A stretch of DNA of 64,000 nucleotides from contig JAFGSW010000039.1 in the NCBI GenBank assembly GCA_016934415.1, positions 4,224 to 68,223 on the forward strand, written 5' to 3'. The number at the start of each line of letters is the position of its first letter. The first letter of the stretch is position 1. Below the pieces are notes generated by a model, which was given only the letters and a program-made list of their open reading frames with translations, was not told the origin of the DNA and did no database searches. This DNA is from Spirochaetales bacterium. GTDB taxonomy: Bacteria > Spirochaetota > Spirochaetia > SZUA-6 > RPPD01. Shown here in pieces: positions 22,702 through 31,899 of the stretch. A program made the position numbers and the translations under genes.

Positions 22702-23388
22702 ATGAAAAAAACAACCGGTGGTATAGTCAAGGCGATTCGCATTGTCTTTTCCATCGCCGTCGCCGTGGCGGTGATCTTCATCCCTGCCGGCACCCTGGCC
22801 TGGCCTGAAGCCTGGATTTTGCTCGGCGCTTATTTCGTATTCGTGCTCGCCCTCGTCCTAAGAATTAAAAAACGCGATCCGGAATTGTATCAAGAACGGA
22901 CCGCCAGGCAGAAGGAAGGAAAACGCTGGGATAAAATCCTCCTCTCCGTGTATACCGTTTTTCTGCTTCTGATGCTCGTCGCCTCGGGCTTGGACGCCGT
23001 ACGCTTCAGGTTGAGCCATATACCCTTGGAAGTCAAAATCGGGGCGTTTCTTTCCTTTCTTCCCGTCGGTCTTCTCTTTTTTCTCGTGTACCGTGAAAAC
23101 ACCTTCGCCTCCAAGGTGGTGCGCGTTCAAAAGGACAGGGGACAGCGGGTGATCGATTCGGGACCGTACAAAGTCGTGCGCCATCCTATGTATGCGGCCA
23201 TCATCCTCATGATTCCGGCCGTGCCTTTGGCTTTGGGCTCGTGGTGGGCGTTGATCTTCGCGGGGCTGGTCGACATCCTTTTCGTCGTTCGCACCGCGCT
23301 TGAAGACAAAACGCTGAAAGATGAGTTGCCGGGATACATCGACTATGCGAAAAAGACAAGGTTCCGGCTTATTCCGGGCATCTGGTGA
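22702..23388 (+). CDS. isoprenylcysteine carboxyl methyltransferase family protein (paralog 2)
   Basis: VIDSGPYKVVRHPMY motif; sits 2 nt after the LCM methyltransferase stop. Confidence 0.7.
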   Translation: MKKTTGGIVKAIRIVFSIAVAVAVIFIPAGTLAWPEAWILLGAYFVFVLALVLRIKKRDPELYQERTARQKEGKRWDKILLSVYTVFLLLMLVASGLDAVRFRLSHIPLEVKIGAFLSFLPVGLLFFLVYRENTFASKVVRVQKDRGQRVIDSGPYKVVRHPMYAAIILMIPAVPLALGSWWALIFAGLVDILFVVRTALEDKTLKDELPGYIDYAKKTRFRLIPGIW

Positions 23389-23537
23389 CGGGTGAGTCTC
23401 AGGTATTCCCGACCCGGAAGACCGTTCCCCTACGCGCGTCTCAGCGTAAGGTGGACCGCGTATTGCAGTCGCAACCGATCCGAAAGGGCGCTGCCGAATT
23501 TTACGACTGATCCTCCGTTTCTACCGCCGGAACAGCT

Positions 23538-24068
23538 TCAGAGTCCCGCGGCTTGGGCTTTGGAAAAAAGCCGGCGCAGGTTCGGCAGCCATTTCCCCGT
23601 CGCGCGTTTGTAATCGAGGTAGCGCCGTCCGAAGGCTTTTTCGAGCAGCTTTTCTTCCGCGCCCGCGACGTAATTCAGGAAAACGCAGATTACGGTGATA
23701 ATCGCCAGCGCGAGCAGGGAACAGGTCAAGAAAAACAGCCCCAGATAGAGCAGGATCTCCGAAAGGTAGAGCGGATGGCGGATGTATTTGAAAAACGACT
23801 TGGTGATGACGACGGGCGGGTCGCGTCGTTCGACGAAAATGATGCGGTGGCTGATCCATGCCATGACGCCGGCCGCCACGATGAGGGCGGCGGCGATCGG
23901 AATGCGAACGGCGGCCGGAATGACGCTCGAGAGAAAAACCGAGTACTTTAAAAAAAACGAATCGATGATCCAGACGGCCAGGAATACGACGATCCCGATG
24001 AGCTGTCCGATATCGGTGAGGGCGTGCTCGCCCGCCAGATCTTTTCTGTGTTCATGCTTCTTTGCCAT
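23538..24068 (-). CDS. isoprenylcysteine carboxyl methyltransferase family protein (paralog 3)
   Basis: FFKYIRHPLYLSE motif. Confidence 0.7.
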   Translation of the reverse strand: MAKKHEHRKDLAGEHALTDIGQLIGIVVFLAVWIIDSFFLKYSVFLSSVIPAAVRIPIAAALIVAAGVMAWISHRIIFVERRDPPVVITKSFFKYIRHPLYLSEILLYLGLFFLTCSLLALAIITVICVFLNYVAGAEEKLLEKAFGRRYLDYKRATGKWLPNLRRLFSKAQAAGL

Positions 24069-24102
24069 TGCGCGCTCCTTCTGTTACAATAATATAAATA
24101 TA

Positions 24103-24123
24103 GCGAAAATGGTTGTCATTAAC
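24103..24123. promoter_or_regulatory. Fur-type box GAAAATGGTTGTCATT upstream of ABC-2 exporter, divergent from ICMT-3
   Basis: Matches the motif; lies in an AT-rich promoter region. Confidence 0.5.
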
Positions 24124-24195
24124 TTTATAGACGTTCGAAGGGGAATAAACGTCTTTTTTTTTTCTGCGGTGAGTATTTGCTGAGGCGGGACATAA

Positions 24196-25167
24196 ATGGA
24201 AAACATTGTCGAAGTGAAGAACCTCGTAAAAAGTTACGGCGATATCCGGGCGCTTGAGGGCATCGATTTTTATGTTCGCCGGGGCGAAATTTTCGGTCTG
24301 CTCGGCCCCAACGGAGCCGGCAAAACCACCACCATCAGCATTCTCACCGGGCTGTCCCGGCCGGGAGGGGGCAGCGTCACGTGCTGCGGGATGGATGCGG
24401 CGGGGCGCATGAAAAAAATCCAGGCGCGGGTCGGTATTGTTCCCGACGAGAGCAATCTGTACGACGAGCTCACCGGGTTCGAAAACCTCTGCTTCTGCGG
24501 CGCCTTGTACGGAGTAAGAAAAAAGGCGCGTGAACGGAAGGCCCGCGAGCTCATAGAGTATCTCGGGATGGGAGAATTCGCCCGCCGCCGTTATAAGTCG
24601 TATTCCAAGGGCATAAAACGCAAGCTTACCGTTGCCGCGGCGCTCGTGCACGAGCCGGAGCTCCTTTTCCTGGACGAGCCCACCACCGGTATCGACGTGG
24701 CAAGCGCGCGCACGATCAGGGAGATGATCAAGGAGTTGAACGCGCGGGGGACGACTGTGTTCCTCACGACGCACTACATCGAGGAGGCGGAACGGCTGTG
24801 CGGGCGGATCGCGTTCATCACGCGGGGCCGCATCGTCCGCGCCGCGACGATCGGCGAATTGCTCGCGGGAGCGGGAAACGAGAGCATCATCGAAATCGCC
24901 CTTGGCGCGCCGCCGGCCGACAGGGAGGCGCTGGCGGATGATATAAAAAAAATCCTGCCCGAAGCCGTCGTTTCCTTTCCCGAAAAGCTTACGGTCCGAC
25001 TCCAGGCGGGAAGAGACGTCGACCTGGGCCGACCCATCGCCTTGTTCGCCGCCCGGGGAGTGCGGGTGCGGGAGGCGAGACTCGTAAAAAAAAGCCTGGA
25101 GGACGTTTTCGTGAAAGTCACCGGCGTCGAGGCGGACGCCATGAAGGGGGAGAAGGAAAAAAAGTGA
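24196..25167 (+). CDS. ABC transporter ATP-binding protein (ABC-2 exporter type)
   Basis: GPNGAGKTT Walker A and LSGGQ-like signature; candidate Fur box upstream. Confidence 0.9.
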   Translation: MENIVEVKNLVKSYGDIRALEGIDFYVRRGEIFGLLGPNGAGKTTTISILTGLSRPGGGSVTCCGMDAAGRMKKIQARVGIVPDESNLYDELTGFENLCFCGALYGVRKKARERKARELIEYLGMGEFARRRYKSYSKGIKRKLTVAAALVHEPELLFLDEPTTGIDVASARTIREMIKELNARGTTVFLTTHYIEEAERLCGRIAFITRGRIVRAATIGELLAGAGNESIIEIALGAPPADREALADDIKKILPEAVVSFPEKLTVRLQAGRDVDLGRPIALFAARGVRVREARLVKKSLEDVFVKVTGVEADAMKGEKEKK

Positions 25168-25898
25168 AAACGGCGATCGCATTTCTGGCCATTCTGAAAA
25201 AAGACATGCGCAACTATTACCTGAAGCCGCCCAATATCAGCTGGGGAATCATTTTCCCGTTCGCCTGGATGCTCATGCTCCTTATCCGGAGCAGAGGCGG
25301 CATGGACGCGGCCGGCGTGTTTCCGGGGATCGTCGCCCTGGCCGTGATCTTCGGCACCACGTCCATGCTCTCCGTCACCATCACCTTCGAGCGGAAGGCC
25401 CGTTCCTTTGACCGCTTGCTCGCCGCGCCATTGAGCATGACCGCGCTCGTGCTGGGGAAAATCTCCGGGGCGGCGCTGTTCGGCGTCTTCAACAGCCTCG
25501 TTCCCGTCCTGGTCTGTACGCTCCTGTTCGGCTCGCCGGTGATCTCTCCCGCAGCCCTCGCCGGGGGCGTGCTCTTGCTGTCCGCGATCTCCACCCTTAT
25601 CGGTCTCTTCGTCGCCGTGTCCGTGAGCGAGGTGTTCGAGGCCCAGACGTTTTCCAATTTCTTCAGGTTCCCCATGATTTTCCTGTGCGGGCTTTTCATC
25701 CCGCTTACCGATCTGCCGATCTGGCTTCGACCGCTTTCCTACGCCCTCCCCGTCACCTACGGCGTGGATTTGCTCAGGCACGGCACCGCCGGCGCGGGGG
25801 AGTTGCCCGTCCTCCTCGACGTCTCCGTGTCGTGCGCTGCGACGGCGCTGCTCTTCGCCGGCAGCGTGCTTATGATCAGGAAGAAGTGGTTTCCGTGA
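25164..25898 (+). CDS. ABC-2 type transporter permease
   Basis: Six TM helices; start overlaps the ATPase gene. Confidence 0.75.
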   Translation: MKTAIAFLAILKKDMRNYYLKPPNISWGIIFPFAWMLMLLIRSRGGMDAAGVFPGIVALAVIFGTTSMLSVTITFERKARSFDRLLAAPLSMTALVLGKISGAALFGVFNSLVPVLVCTLLFGSPVISPAALAGGVLLLSAISTLIGLFVAVSVSEVFEAQTFSNFFRFPMIFLCGLFIPLTDLPIWLRPLSYALPVTYGVDLLRHGTAGAGELPVLLDVSVSCAATALLFAGSVLMIRKKWFP

Positions 25899-25974
25899 CG
25901 GTCCCGGACCAGGGAAATACCGATTTCCTCAATCGGTGTGACAAGCCACGTCGCACCATGATCCCGCCGGTCAA

Positions 25975-26298
25975 TCAGCGTGCGGTCGACTTTCCGGCTA
26001 ATTTTTCTTCCACCGATTGCATCTTTCCCCGCATCGACAACTTTTTATCCCGGCGTTCGTCTATCTTTATCGAAGTCACGACCCTTTTTATTTTTCCGCT
26101 CAATACCGTCTTGTGCATTTTCTCGGCCACCGCCAGCAGCTTTTTCACCGATGGGGCCTCTATCACCGTTCCCATGGGACATACCTCATAGGTGAGACCC
26201 TTTTCCCGCTGCAGCACGCGCACGGCGGCCGCCACATAACTGCTCACGGAAGCGCTTTTTGTCCCGAGGGGGACGACGCTGATTTCCATCACCGGCAT
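25975..26298 (-). CDS. MTH1187/YkoF family protein
   Basis: ISVVPLGT..YEVCPMGT motifs. Confidence 0.7.
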   Translation of the reverse strand: MPVMEISVVPLGTKSASVSSYVAAAVRVLQREKGLTYEVCPMGTVIEAPSVKKLLAVAEKMHKTVLSGKIKRVVTSIKIDERRDKKLSMRGKMQSVEEKLAGKSTAR

Positions 26299-26329
26299 AC
26301 CGCTCTCTCCTTTTTTGTTCGCTTGCTTA

Positions 26330-26548
26330 TTATGACAAATGTCTGTCTATTGTCCCGTCCGGCAACATCTCGTCCGGATGATACTCTCCCCGTTCCTCCT
26401 TTTGATAACGGACGCAACGCCGCCAGTTGCCATGGCAGTAGGCGTCGATCCATTTTCGGTTCAATTTCCCCGCGTCATAGAAATGTTTCATGGGGCAGAC
26501 TGCATACCATTTGCATTCGGGGCCCATGACGATGTGATTCATATACAT
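26330..26548 (-). CDS. small cysteine-rich protein (4 Cys; zf-like small domain)
   Basis: GPECKWYAVCPMK..CHGNWRRC pattern; partial Fur-like half-site upstream. Confidence 0.45.
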   Translation of the reverse strand: MYMNHIVMGPECKWYAVCPMKHFYDAGKLNRKWIDAYCHGNWRRCVRYQKEERGEYHPDEMLPDGTIDRHLS

Positions 26549-26805
26549 CTATCGTATTTGAAAATGTTATTGGAGACAAGGTTGGGACTGATTTTTACAG
26601 AGTTATGCAACGGTAAATTTGACAGCCTACGGCGAGCCCAAACGACAAAAATAGAGTCGTCCTCCGTTGTATAGCCCGCCGTGGTTTTTGCGGTTTCGCC
26701 TCTGGAACATCAGAAAAGAGAAAGAATGGGGAGGGAGGCAACGGCCTTGTCAGGGGATGGAATCCGGCATACAATAAATGAATCAATACAGAAAGGGAAA
26801 ACATC

Positions 26806-27114
26806 ATGCCTGAATTTAGTTACCCCTTTGCCGGAATGAGGAAAGACCGGAAGCTCACCGACTCGGAATTGATCCGCGCCGTCCGCTTCATGATTGCGGC
26901 GGAATATGAAGCCGTCCAGCTGTACATGCAGCTTGCCGAATCCACGGACAACAAACTCGCCGCCGAAGTGCTCAAGGACATCGCCGACGAGGAGCGGGTC
27001 CATGCGGGGGAATTCCTGCGCCTTCTGAAGGAGCTCGCCCCGGATGAGGAGAAATTCTACGCCGAGGGGGCGAAAGAGGTGGAAGAAGAGATTATGAAGA
27101 TGAAAAAAGGTTGA
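26806..27114 (+). CDS. ferritin-like (rubrerythrin/EncFtn-like) small protein
   Basis: AEYEAVQLY..ADEERVHAGEF, i.e. the ExxH pair of a half-ferritin. Confidence 0.6.
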   Translation: MPEFSYPFAGMRKDRKLTDSELIRAVRFMIAAEYEAVQLYMQLAESTDNKLAAEVLKDIADEERVHAGEFLRLLKELAPDEEKFYAEGAKEVEEEIMKMKKG

Positions 27115-27326
27115 AGCGGCGCCCGTGCAGATCCGGCGGAAAACGCCGCTGTCTTTCAAAAACGATTTCGTTTCCATGACCTGCTCCCCGCATCCGGCAC
27201 ACTGGCGGTCGGGACCGTGGGAGCGCGGGGAGGCGGCGACGCGCCCATGACCGTGCGGGGAAAGCAGAAGCCTGTAAAACCGTCGTTAGCCTTCGAGTAG
27301 TTTTATCCTTGCATCTGAATACATTG

Positions 27327-27941
27327 TTACGGTTTTTTTGCGTTTTTTTCTTCATTTCCCCCCGTACCGCGCCCTGCATGCGGATGGATTTCCTTCATCC
27401 CGGACTTTTTCAGAATGATATTGGCGATAGGGAGGGAGAATGCGTAGGCGAGTCTCCGGCCTTTTTTTTCTTCCGGCGTCAACAGCCCTTCCTGAAAGGA
27501 AACGACGGTATTGCAGCAGAGATTCCCGAACAGAACCGACTGGGTAAACGCCCTGATTTGCAGCGCCTTAAATGCACCATAACATCTTTCAAGTGTTTTG
27601 CAAGAAACCGCAGACGGGTTGCCTCTCGTTTCGGCCATATGCTGGGCGAATAAAACGCCTGCCGATTCGGACCGGTCGACGCGCCGTCCGACGTTTTCCA
27701 CAATGGCGGCAATCTCCTCTTGCGCTATCCCCTCCTCCAGGCCGCGGCGGGCGTGAAGATAGGAACAATAGGCGCATTGGTTCACCTGGGAAACGGCCAG
27801 CATGAGCATTGTCCTGAAGCGGGGGGAAATTGTCTCCCCCCGGGGGATTTTTCTCAACGTCGTCATTCGGCCGAAGGTTGTGAAAAAGAGAAAGAGGAAT
27901 TCCCCAAACGAAGCGAAGATGCGCAGCCGGCCCTGCTTCAT
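27327..27941 (-). CDS. carboxymuconolactone decarboxylase / AhpD-like protein
   Basis: NQCAYCSYLH motif; start is uncertain. Confidence 0.55.
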   Translation of the reverse strand: MKQGRLRIFASFGEFLFLFFTTFGRMTTLRKIPRGETISPRFRTMLMLAVSQVNQCAYCSYLHARRGLEEGIAQEEIAAIVENVGRRVDRSESAGVLFAQHMAETRGNPSAVSCKTLERCYGAFKALQIRAFTQSVLFGNLCCNTVVSFQEGLLTPEEKKGRRLAYAFSLPIANIILKKSGMKEIHPHAGRGTGGNEEKNAKKP

Positions 27942-28088
27942 GACCGCAGTGTACCACACATTTTCCGGACGGTACATCGGACGGCGCGCCGCGCCGGGCG
28001 CCAAAGTCTGGGCCGGAAACGGCAATAATTCCTCGTTTCAATTCAAACGACGGCGCGATCGGATCCGATCGAAACCGGCTTTTTTCTA

Positions 28089-28138
28089 TTGACAGAGTGT
28101 GTAAAGTGAGGTATATTGAAAATGGTTATCATTTTCAA
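28089..28138 (+). promoter_or_regulatory. fur promoter (ttgaca-N17-tatatt) overlapped by palindromic box TTGAAAATGGTTATCATTTTCAA
   Basis: 9-5-9 perfect inverted repeat overlapping the -10 element. Confidence 0.7.
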
Positions 28139-28150
28139 TAAGGAGTTCGT

Positions 28151-28612
28151 ATGCCGCATGGGCACGGACACAGGTGGGGACAGAAATTATCGGGCTGCGG
28201 GTTCAGGTTGACCGTCGGCCGCGAGGCCATTATAGACGTCCTTTCGCGCTCGGACAAGCACCTGAGCGCCGAGGATATCTTCCTTGAGCTGCACGCCGAC
28301 CACCCGGGCATTGGTTTGACGACCATCTACCGGACCCTCGAGCTCCTGGTGCAGACGGGAATCGTGGCCAAGTTCGAATTCGGCCACGGCCGGGCCAAAT
28401 ACGAGCTCACCGAGGAATACGGCAAGAAAAAGCACCACCATCACTTGTTTTGCAAAAGCTGCCAGACGATCATCGATTATTCGGATTTCATGGAAGATGA
28501 AATCACCTATATAAAGAAAACGGAAAAAGGGCTGGCGAAAAAATACGATTTTCAGATTGACGGTCACATCATAAATTTTTACGGGCTGTGCCGCGCCTGT
28601 CGGGCGAAATGA
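28151..28612 (+). CDS. fur: Fur family transcriptional regulator
   Basis: HHHHLFCKSC and GLCRAC motifs; its own promoter carries a 23-bp palindromic box. Confidence 0.85.
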   Translation: MPHGHGHRWGQKLSGCGFRLTVGREAIIDVLSRSDKHLSAEDIFLELHADHPGIGLTTIYRTLELLVQTGIVAKFEFGHGRAKYELTEEYGKKKHHHHLFCKSCQTIIDYSDFMEDEITYIKKTEKGLAKKYDFQIDGHIINFYGLCRACRAK

Positions 28613-28638
28613 AAGGGGATTTTTTTTAAGCAGAAAAT

Positions 28639-28654
28639 GAAAATGGTTATCAAT
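28639..28654 (+). promoter_or_regulatory. Fur-type box GAAAATGGTTATCAAT upstream of the DUF5320 cluster
   Basis: Matches the motif. Confidence 0.55.
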
Positions 28655-28708
28655 AGCAAAAAAAGAGCGCCCGTGAGCGGGTGAAGTTTTTTATAGAGGA
28701 GGCATGAT

Positions 28709-29110
28709 ATGCCGAGAGGAGACAGAACAGGTCCCGCCGGTTTGGGCCCGATGACGGGAAGAGCGGCGGGTTATTGCGCCGGTTATTCGGTACCGGGTTA
28801 TATGAATCCGGTACGGGGAAGAGGTTTCTTCGGAAGAGGAAGAGGCGTCGGCTTCGGCCAAGGCGGTGGTTTCGGCCGTGGCCGCGGATACAGGAACATG
28901 TACTGGGCCACCGGTTTACCGGGTTGGTCGCGTTTCGGCGGTTTTTGGCCGGCGGACGCGTGCGTGTATCCGTATGGGGCCGCGGAGCCTTCGCCCAAGC
29001 AGGAAGCCGAGGCCTTGAAAAATCAGGTCAAATACATGCAGGATTCAATGGACGCCCTGAACGAACGCATCAGGGAGCTTGAGAATTCCCAAGCGGAAAC
29101 CGAAGAATAA
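28709..29110 (+). CDS. DUF5320-like protein (Gly/Arg-rich middle, coiled-coil C-terminus)
   Basis: MPRGDRTGPAGLGPMTGRAAGYCAG N-terminus; AGAGGAGG SD upstream. Confidence 0.6.
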   Translation: MPRGDRTGPAGLGPMTGRAAGYCAGYSVPGYMNPVRGRGFFGRGRGVGFGQGGGFGRGRGYRNMYWATGLPGWSRFGGFWPADACVYPYGAAEPSPKQEAEALKNQVKYMQDSMDALNERIRELENSQAETEE

Positions 29111-29188
29111 CGCCTCTCATGAATCGGGTCTGAGCGCCGGGATGGGAAGCCGTCCGACGTTCTGGCGGGGGGGTAAAAAGGAGGAACC

Positions 29189-29591
29189 ATTGAGAGCGGC
29201 CATTTCAACCGACGGAGCGTACGTATCCGCGCATTTCGGGCGGTGCCCGAGTTTCACCCTGGTGGAAATCGAAGGCGGGCGGACGGTAAAGAAGGAAGTT
29301 ATTGCCAATCCCGGACACCATCCCGGCTACCTGCCGCAATTTTTGAGCGAGCGGGGTGTAACCTGCATTGTCGCGGGCGGCATGGGCGGCCGGGCGCAGA
29401 TGCTCTTCGACGAGCAGGGGATACGCACCGTGATGGGGGTTTCGGGCACAGTGGATGAGGCGATTACCGGGCTCTGCGCCGGAACGCTCGCCGGCGGCGA
29501 ATCCCTCTGTCGGCCGGGTGCGGGCAAGGGGTACGGGGTGGAGAAGACGGATTGCGACCACGCCGGAGACGACAGCCATCAGCATGAGTGA
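29189..29591 (+). CDS. NifB/NifX-family (Nitro_FeMo-Co) protein with Cys/His-rich tail
   Basis: TTG start after a GGAGG SD; HFGRCPSF motif. Confidence 0.6.
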
Positions 29592-29661
29592 CATCGAAAG
29601 GAAAACGGCGGGGGAGCCTGCGGGATTCGCCGGGAACGGCGCTTTCGGGAGGGGAGTCGCG

Positions 29662-30501
29662 ATGAAAAGGCGCGCGGTGGCGCTCATCGCGGGATACTGT
29701 TTTCTCCACTGTCCGCCTGCCGCGTTCGCTCAGCCGCGCGTCGCGGCGCAGCTGATGGACGACCTGACGGTCTATGAGCTGCAGAAAGACGTCCTCCTGG
29801 TAACGCACAGCTATCCCTGGCCCGGGAACTCCCTGCTGGTTCGGCTGAACAGGACGAATTGGGTATGGGCCGATACGCCCTGCACGCCCGAAGCGACCAG
29901 GCTGGTGGTCAAGTGGCTGTATATGAAATACGGCGAACGCATCAGGATCACTGAAATCAACACCGGCTTTCACATCGACAATCTGGGCGGCAATCGGGAA
30001 TTGCTGAAATGGAAGATACCGACCTACGGGTCGAGTCTGACCTGCGAGCTTTTGCGAACGAAAAGTAAAAAGACGATGGCGAAAATGATCGACCTGCTGC
30101 GCGGCCCTGAAAATGAAAAATATCGCGACGCGTATCGGTCATTCGTCTTTTCACCGCCGACGAACCGTTTCGACATTACAAAGATCCAAACTCTGCGCCT
30201 CGGTGGGAACACCGTTGAAATCTATTTTCCCGGCCCGACGCACACCTTTGACAATGTGGTCGTCTATTTCCCGGACAAGCGGGTGCTGTTCGGCACCTGC
30301 ATGGTGCTGGCGGCGGACGCGAAAAGCGCCGGCTATACGGGCGACGCCGACCTCGCGCGCTGGCCCGAGTCCCTGCGGAAGGTGGCGAAACGCTTTCCCC
30401 GCGCGGCGCTCGTCGTGCCCGGCCACGGGGAGCCCGGCGGGCCTGAATTGATCGAGCATTCGATCCGCGTCGTGGAACGGAGCCGGGAGTGTCAAGAATA
30501 A
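29662..30501 (+). CDS. secreted MBL-fold protein (degenerate metal motif)
   Basis: Signal peptide MKRRAVALIAGYC..AFAQ; FHIDNLGGN and VVPGHGEPG motifs. Confidence 0.55.
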   Translation: MKRRAVALIAGYCFLHCPPAAFAQPRVAAQLMDDLTVYELQKDVLLVTHSYPWPGNSLLVRLNRTNWVWADTPCTPEATRLVVKWLYMKYGERIRITEINTGFHIDNLGGNRELLKWKIPTYGSSLTCELLRTKSKKTMAKMIDLLRGPENEKYRDAYRSFVFSPPTNRFDITKIQTLRLGGNTVEIYFPGPTHTFDNVVVYFPDKRVLFGTCMVLAADAKSAGYTGDADLARWPESLRKVAKRFPRAALVVPGHGEPGGPELIEHSIRVVERSRECQE

Positions 30502-30562
30502 ACGCCGATCGGCGGAACGACGGGGGCGGGCCCCCGTTCAATTTATCGACAAGGAGCTCAGC

Positions 30563-30937
30563 ATGAAAATTTGCGTCACGTCCCAAGGCGATTCGATCGA
30601 CTCGCCGGTCGATCCACGGTTCGGCCGGTGCGCGTTCTTCGTGATCGTGGACACCGACACGATGAAAGAAGAGGCGTTTCGAAACGACGCGGCCGCCGAA
30701 GGCGGGGGCGCCGGGATTCAGGCCGGCCAGTTCGTCGCTGAAAAAGGCGCGCGCGTCGTGCTCACGGGCAACGTGGGGCCGAACGCCTTCAGAACGCTTT
30801 CGGCGGCCGGCATCGAAATTTGCCCGGCGGCGACCGGCACCGTCAAGCAGGCCGTGCTGAAATACAAGTTCGGCGAGCTCAAGCCGGCGACCGGCCCCAG
30901 CGTGGATTCGCACGCCGGGATGGGCGGAGGTGCGTGA
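30563..30937 (+). CDS. NifB/NifX-family (Nitro_FeMo-Co) protein
   Basis: DPRFGRCAFFVIVD motif. Confidence 0.7.
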   Translation: MKICVTSQGDSIDSPVDPRFGRCAFFVIVDTDTMKEEAFRNDAAAEGGGAGIQAGQFVAEKGARVVLTGNVGPNAFRTLSAAGIEICPAATGTVKQAVLKYKFGELKPATGPSVDSHAGMGGGA

Positions 30938-30938
30938 A

Positions 30939-31121
30939 ATGCCGGGAAGAAACGGAACGGGACCGGCCGGGACGGGACGGGGAGGCTCCGGAGGCGGTGC
31001 GGGCGCCGGCGGCTATTGCCTCTGTCCGAAATGCGGGGCGAAAACGCCGCATGGCCGCGGAACGCCGTGCTCGGGCATGACGTGTCCCGCCTGCGGGGCG
31101 CGCATGACGAGGGGCGGCTGA
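30939..31121 (+). CDS. Gly-rich zinc-ribbon mini-protein (DUF5320-like N-terminus)
   Basis: MPGRNGTGPAGTGRGG followed by CLCPKCG..CPACG. Confidence 0.4.
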   Translation: MPGRNGTGPAGTGRGGSGGGAGAGGYCLCPKCGAKTPHGRGTPCSGMTCPACGARMTRGG

Positions 31122-31124
31122 GCG

Positions 31125-31889
31125 ATGCGAAGGGAATTCCCAATGCGGATGCAGATCGTCGCGCAGGGTTCGACGAAACGGGATCGCGAGCGCCGGGAAT
31201 GGGGGCTCTCCGTCCTTATCGACGACGACGTCCTCTTCGACACCTACGCCAATCCGGAAGCGCTGGAATCGTATTTCCGGCTCCATCACATCGACGTCGG
31301 GAAGATACGGCACATCGTCATTTCGCACGACCACTGGGACCACACGGGCGGGTTGTGGCGGATCCTGGAGCGGAATCGCGATTGCGCGGTGTACGTCTGC
31401 CGCAAAACGGGCGGTGAATTAAAGGAACGGATCAGGTCCTGCGGCGCCCGGCTCGTGGAGGTTGGGGAATCCGTCGCGATCCGGGACGGCGTCGTTTCGA
31501 CGGGCGAGATCGACGGGACGTACGCGGGCGCGCCCATCGTCGAGCAATCGCTTCTCCTCAAAAACGGAGGGACGCTTGCGGTGGTCACCGGCTGTTCGCA
31601 TCCCGGCATTCTCGCCATTCTTTCGCGCGCGGGCCGACTCTTCCGGGAGCGGATCGATTTCGTCATGGGCGGTTTTCACCTGGCGGACGCGGACGCCGCC
31701 GAGCTGGACGGAATCGCCGTCATGCTGAAAGAGGTGTACCGCGCGCGGACGCTCGCCCCGTTCCATTGCACGGGCGACGCGGCGATTTCGTTTTTCCGGA
31801 AGCGGCTCCCCGAGGCGACGATCGGCGCGGGGGCGGGGGACGAGTTCCGCTTCAATAACGCTGCGGACTCCTGGGAGCCGGTAAAGTGA
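31125..31889 (+). CDS. MBL-fold metallo-hydrolase
   Basis: VISHDHWDHTGG motif. Confidence 0.7.
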   Translation: MRREFPMRMQIVAQGSTKRDRERREWGLSVLIDDDVLFDTYANPEALESYFRLHHIDVGKIRHIVISHDHWDHTGGLWRILERNRDCAVYVCRKTGGELKERIRSCGARLVEVGESVAIRDGVVSTGEIDGTYAGAPIVEQSLLLKNGGTLAVVTGCSHPGILAILSRAGRLFRERIDFVMGGFHLADADAAELDGIAVMLKEVYRARTLAPFHCTGDAAISFFRKRLPEATIGAGAGDEFRFNNAADSWEPVK

Positions 31890-31899
31890 TGGATCGCCC

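Noticed and set aside
26806-27114. Calling an encapsulin nanocompartment system
   Set aside because: Only the EncFtn-like cargo candidate is present; there is no shell gene in the window, so no system is called.
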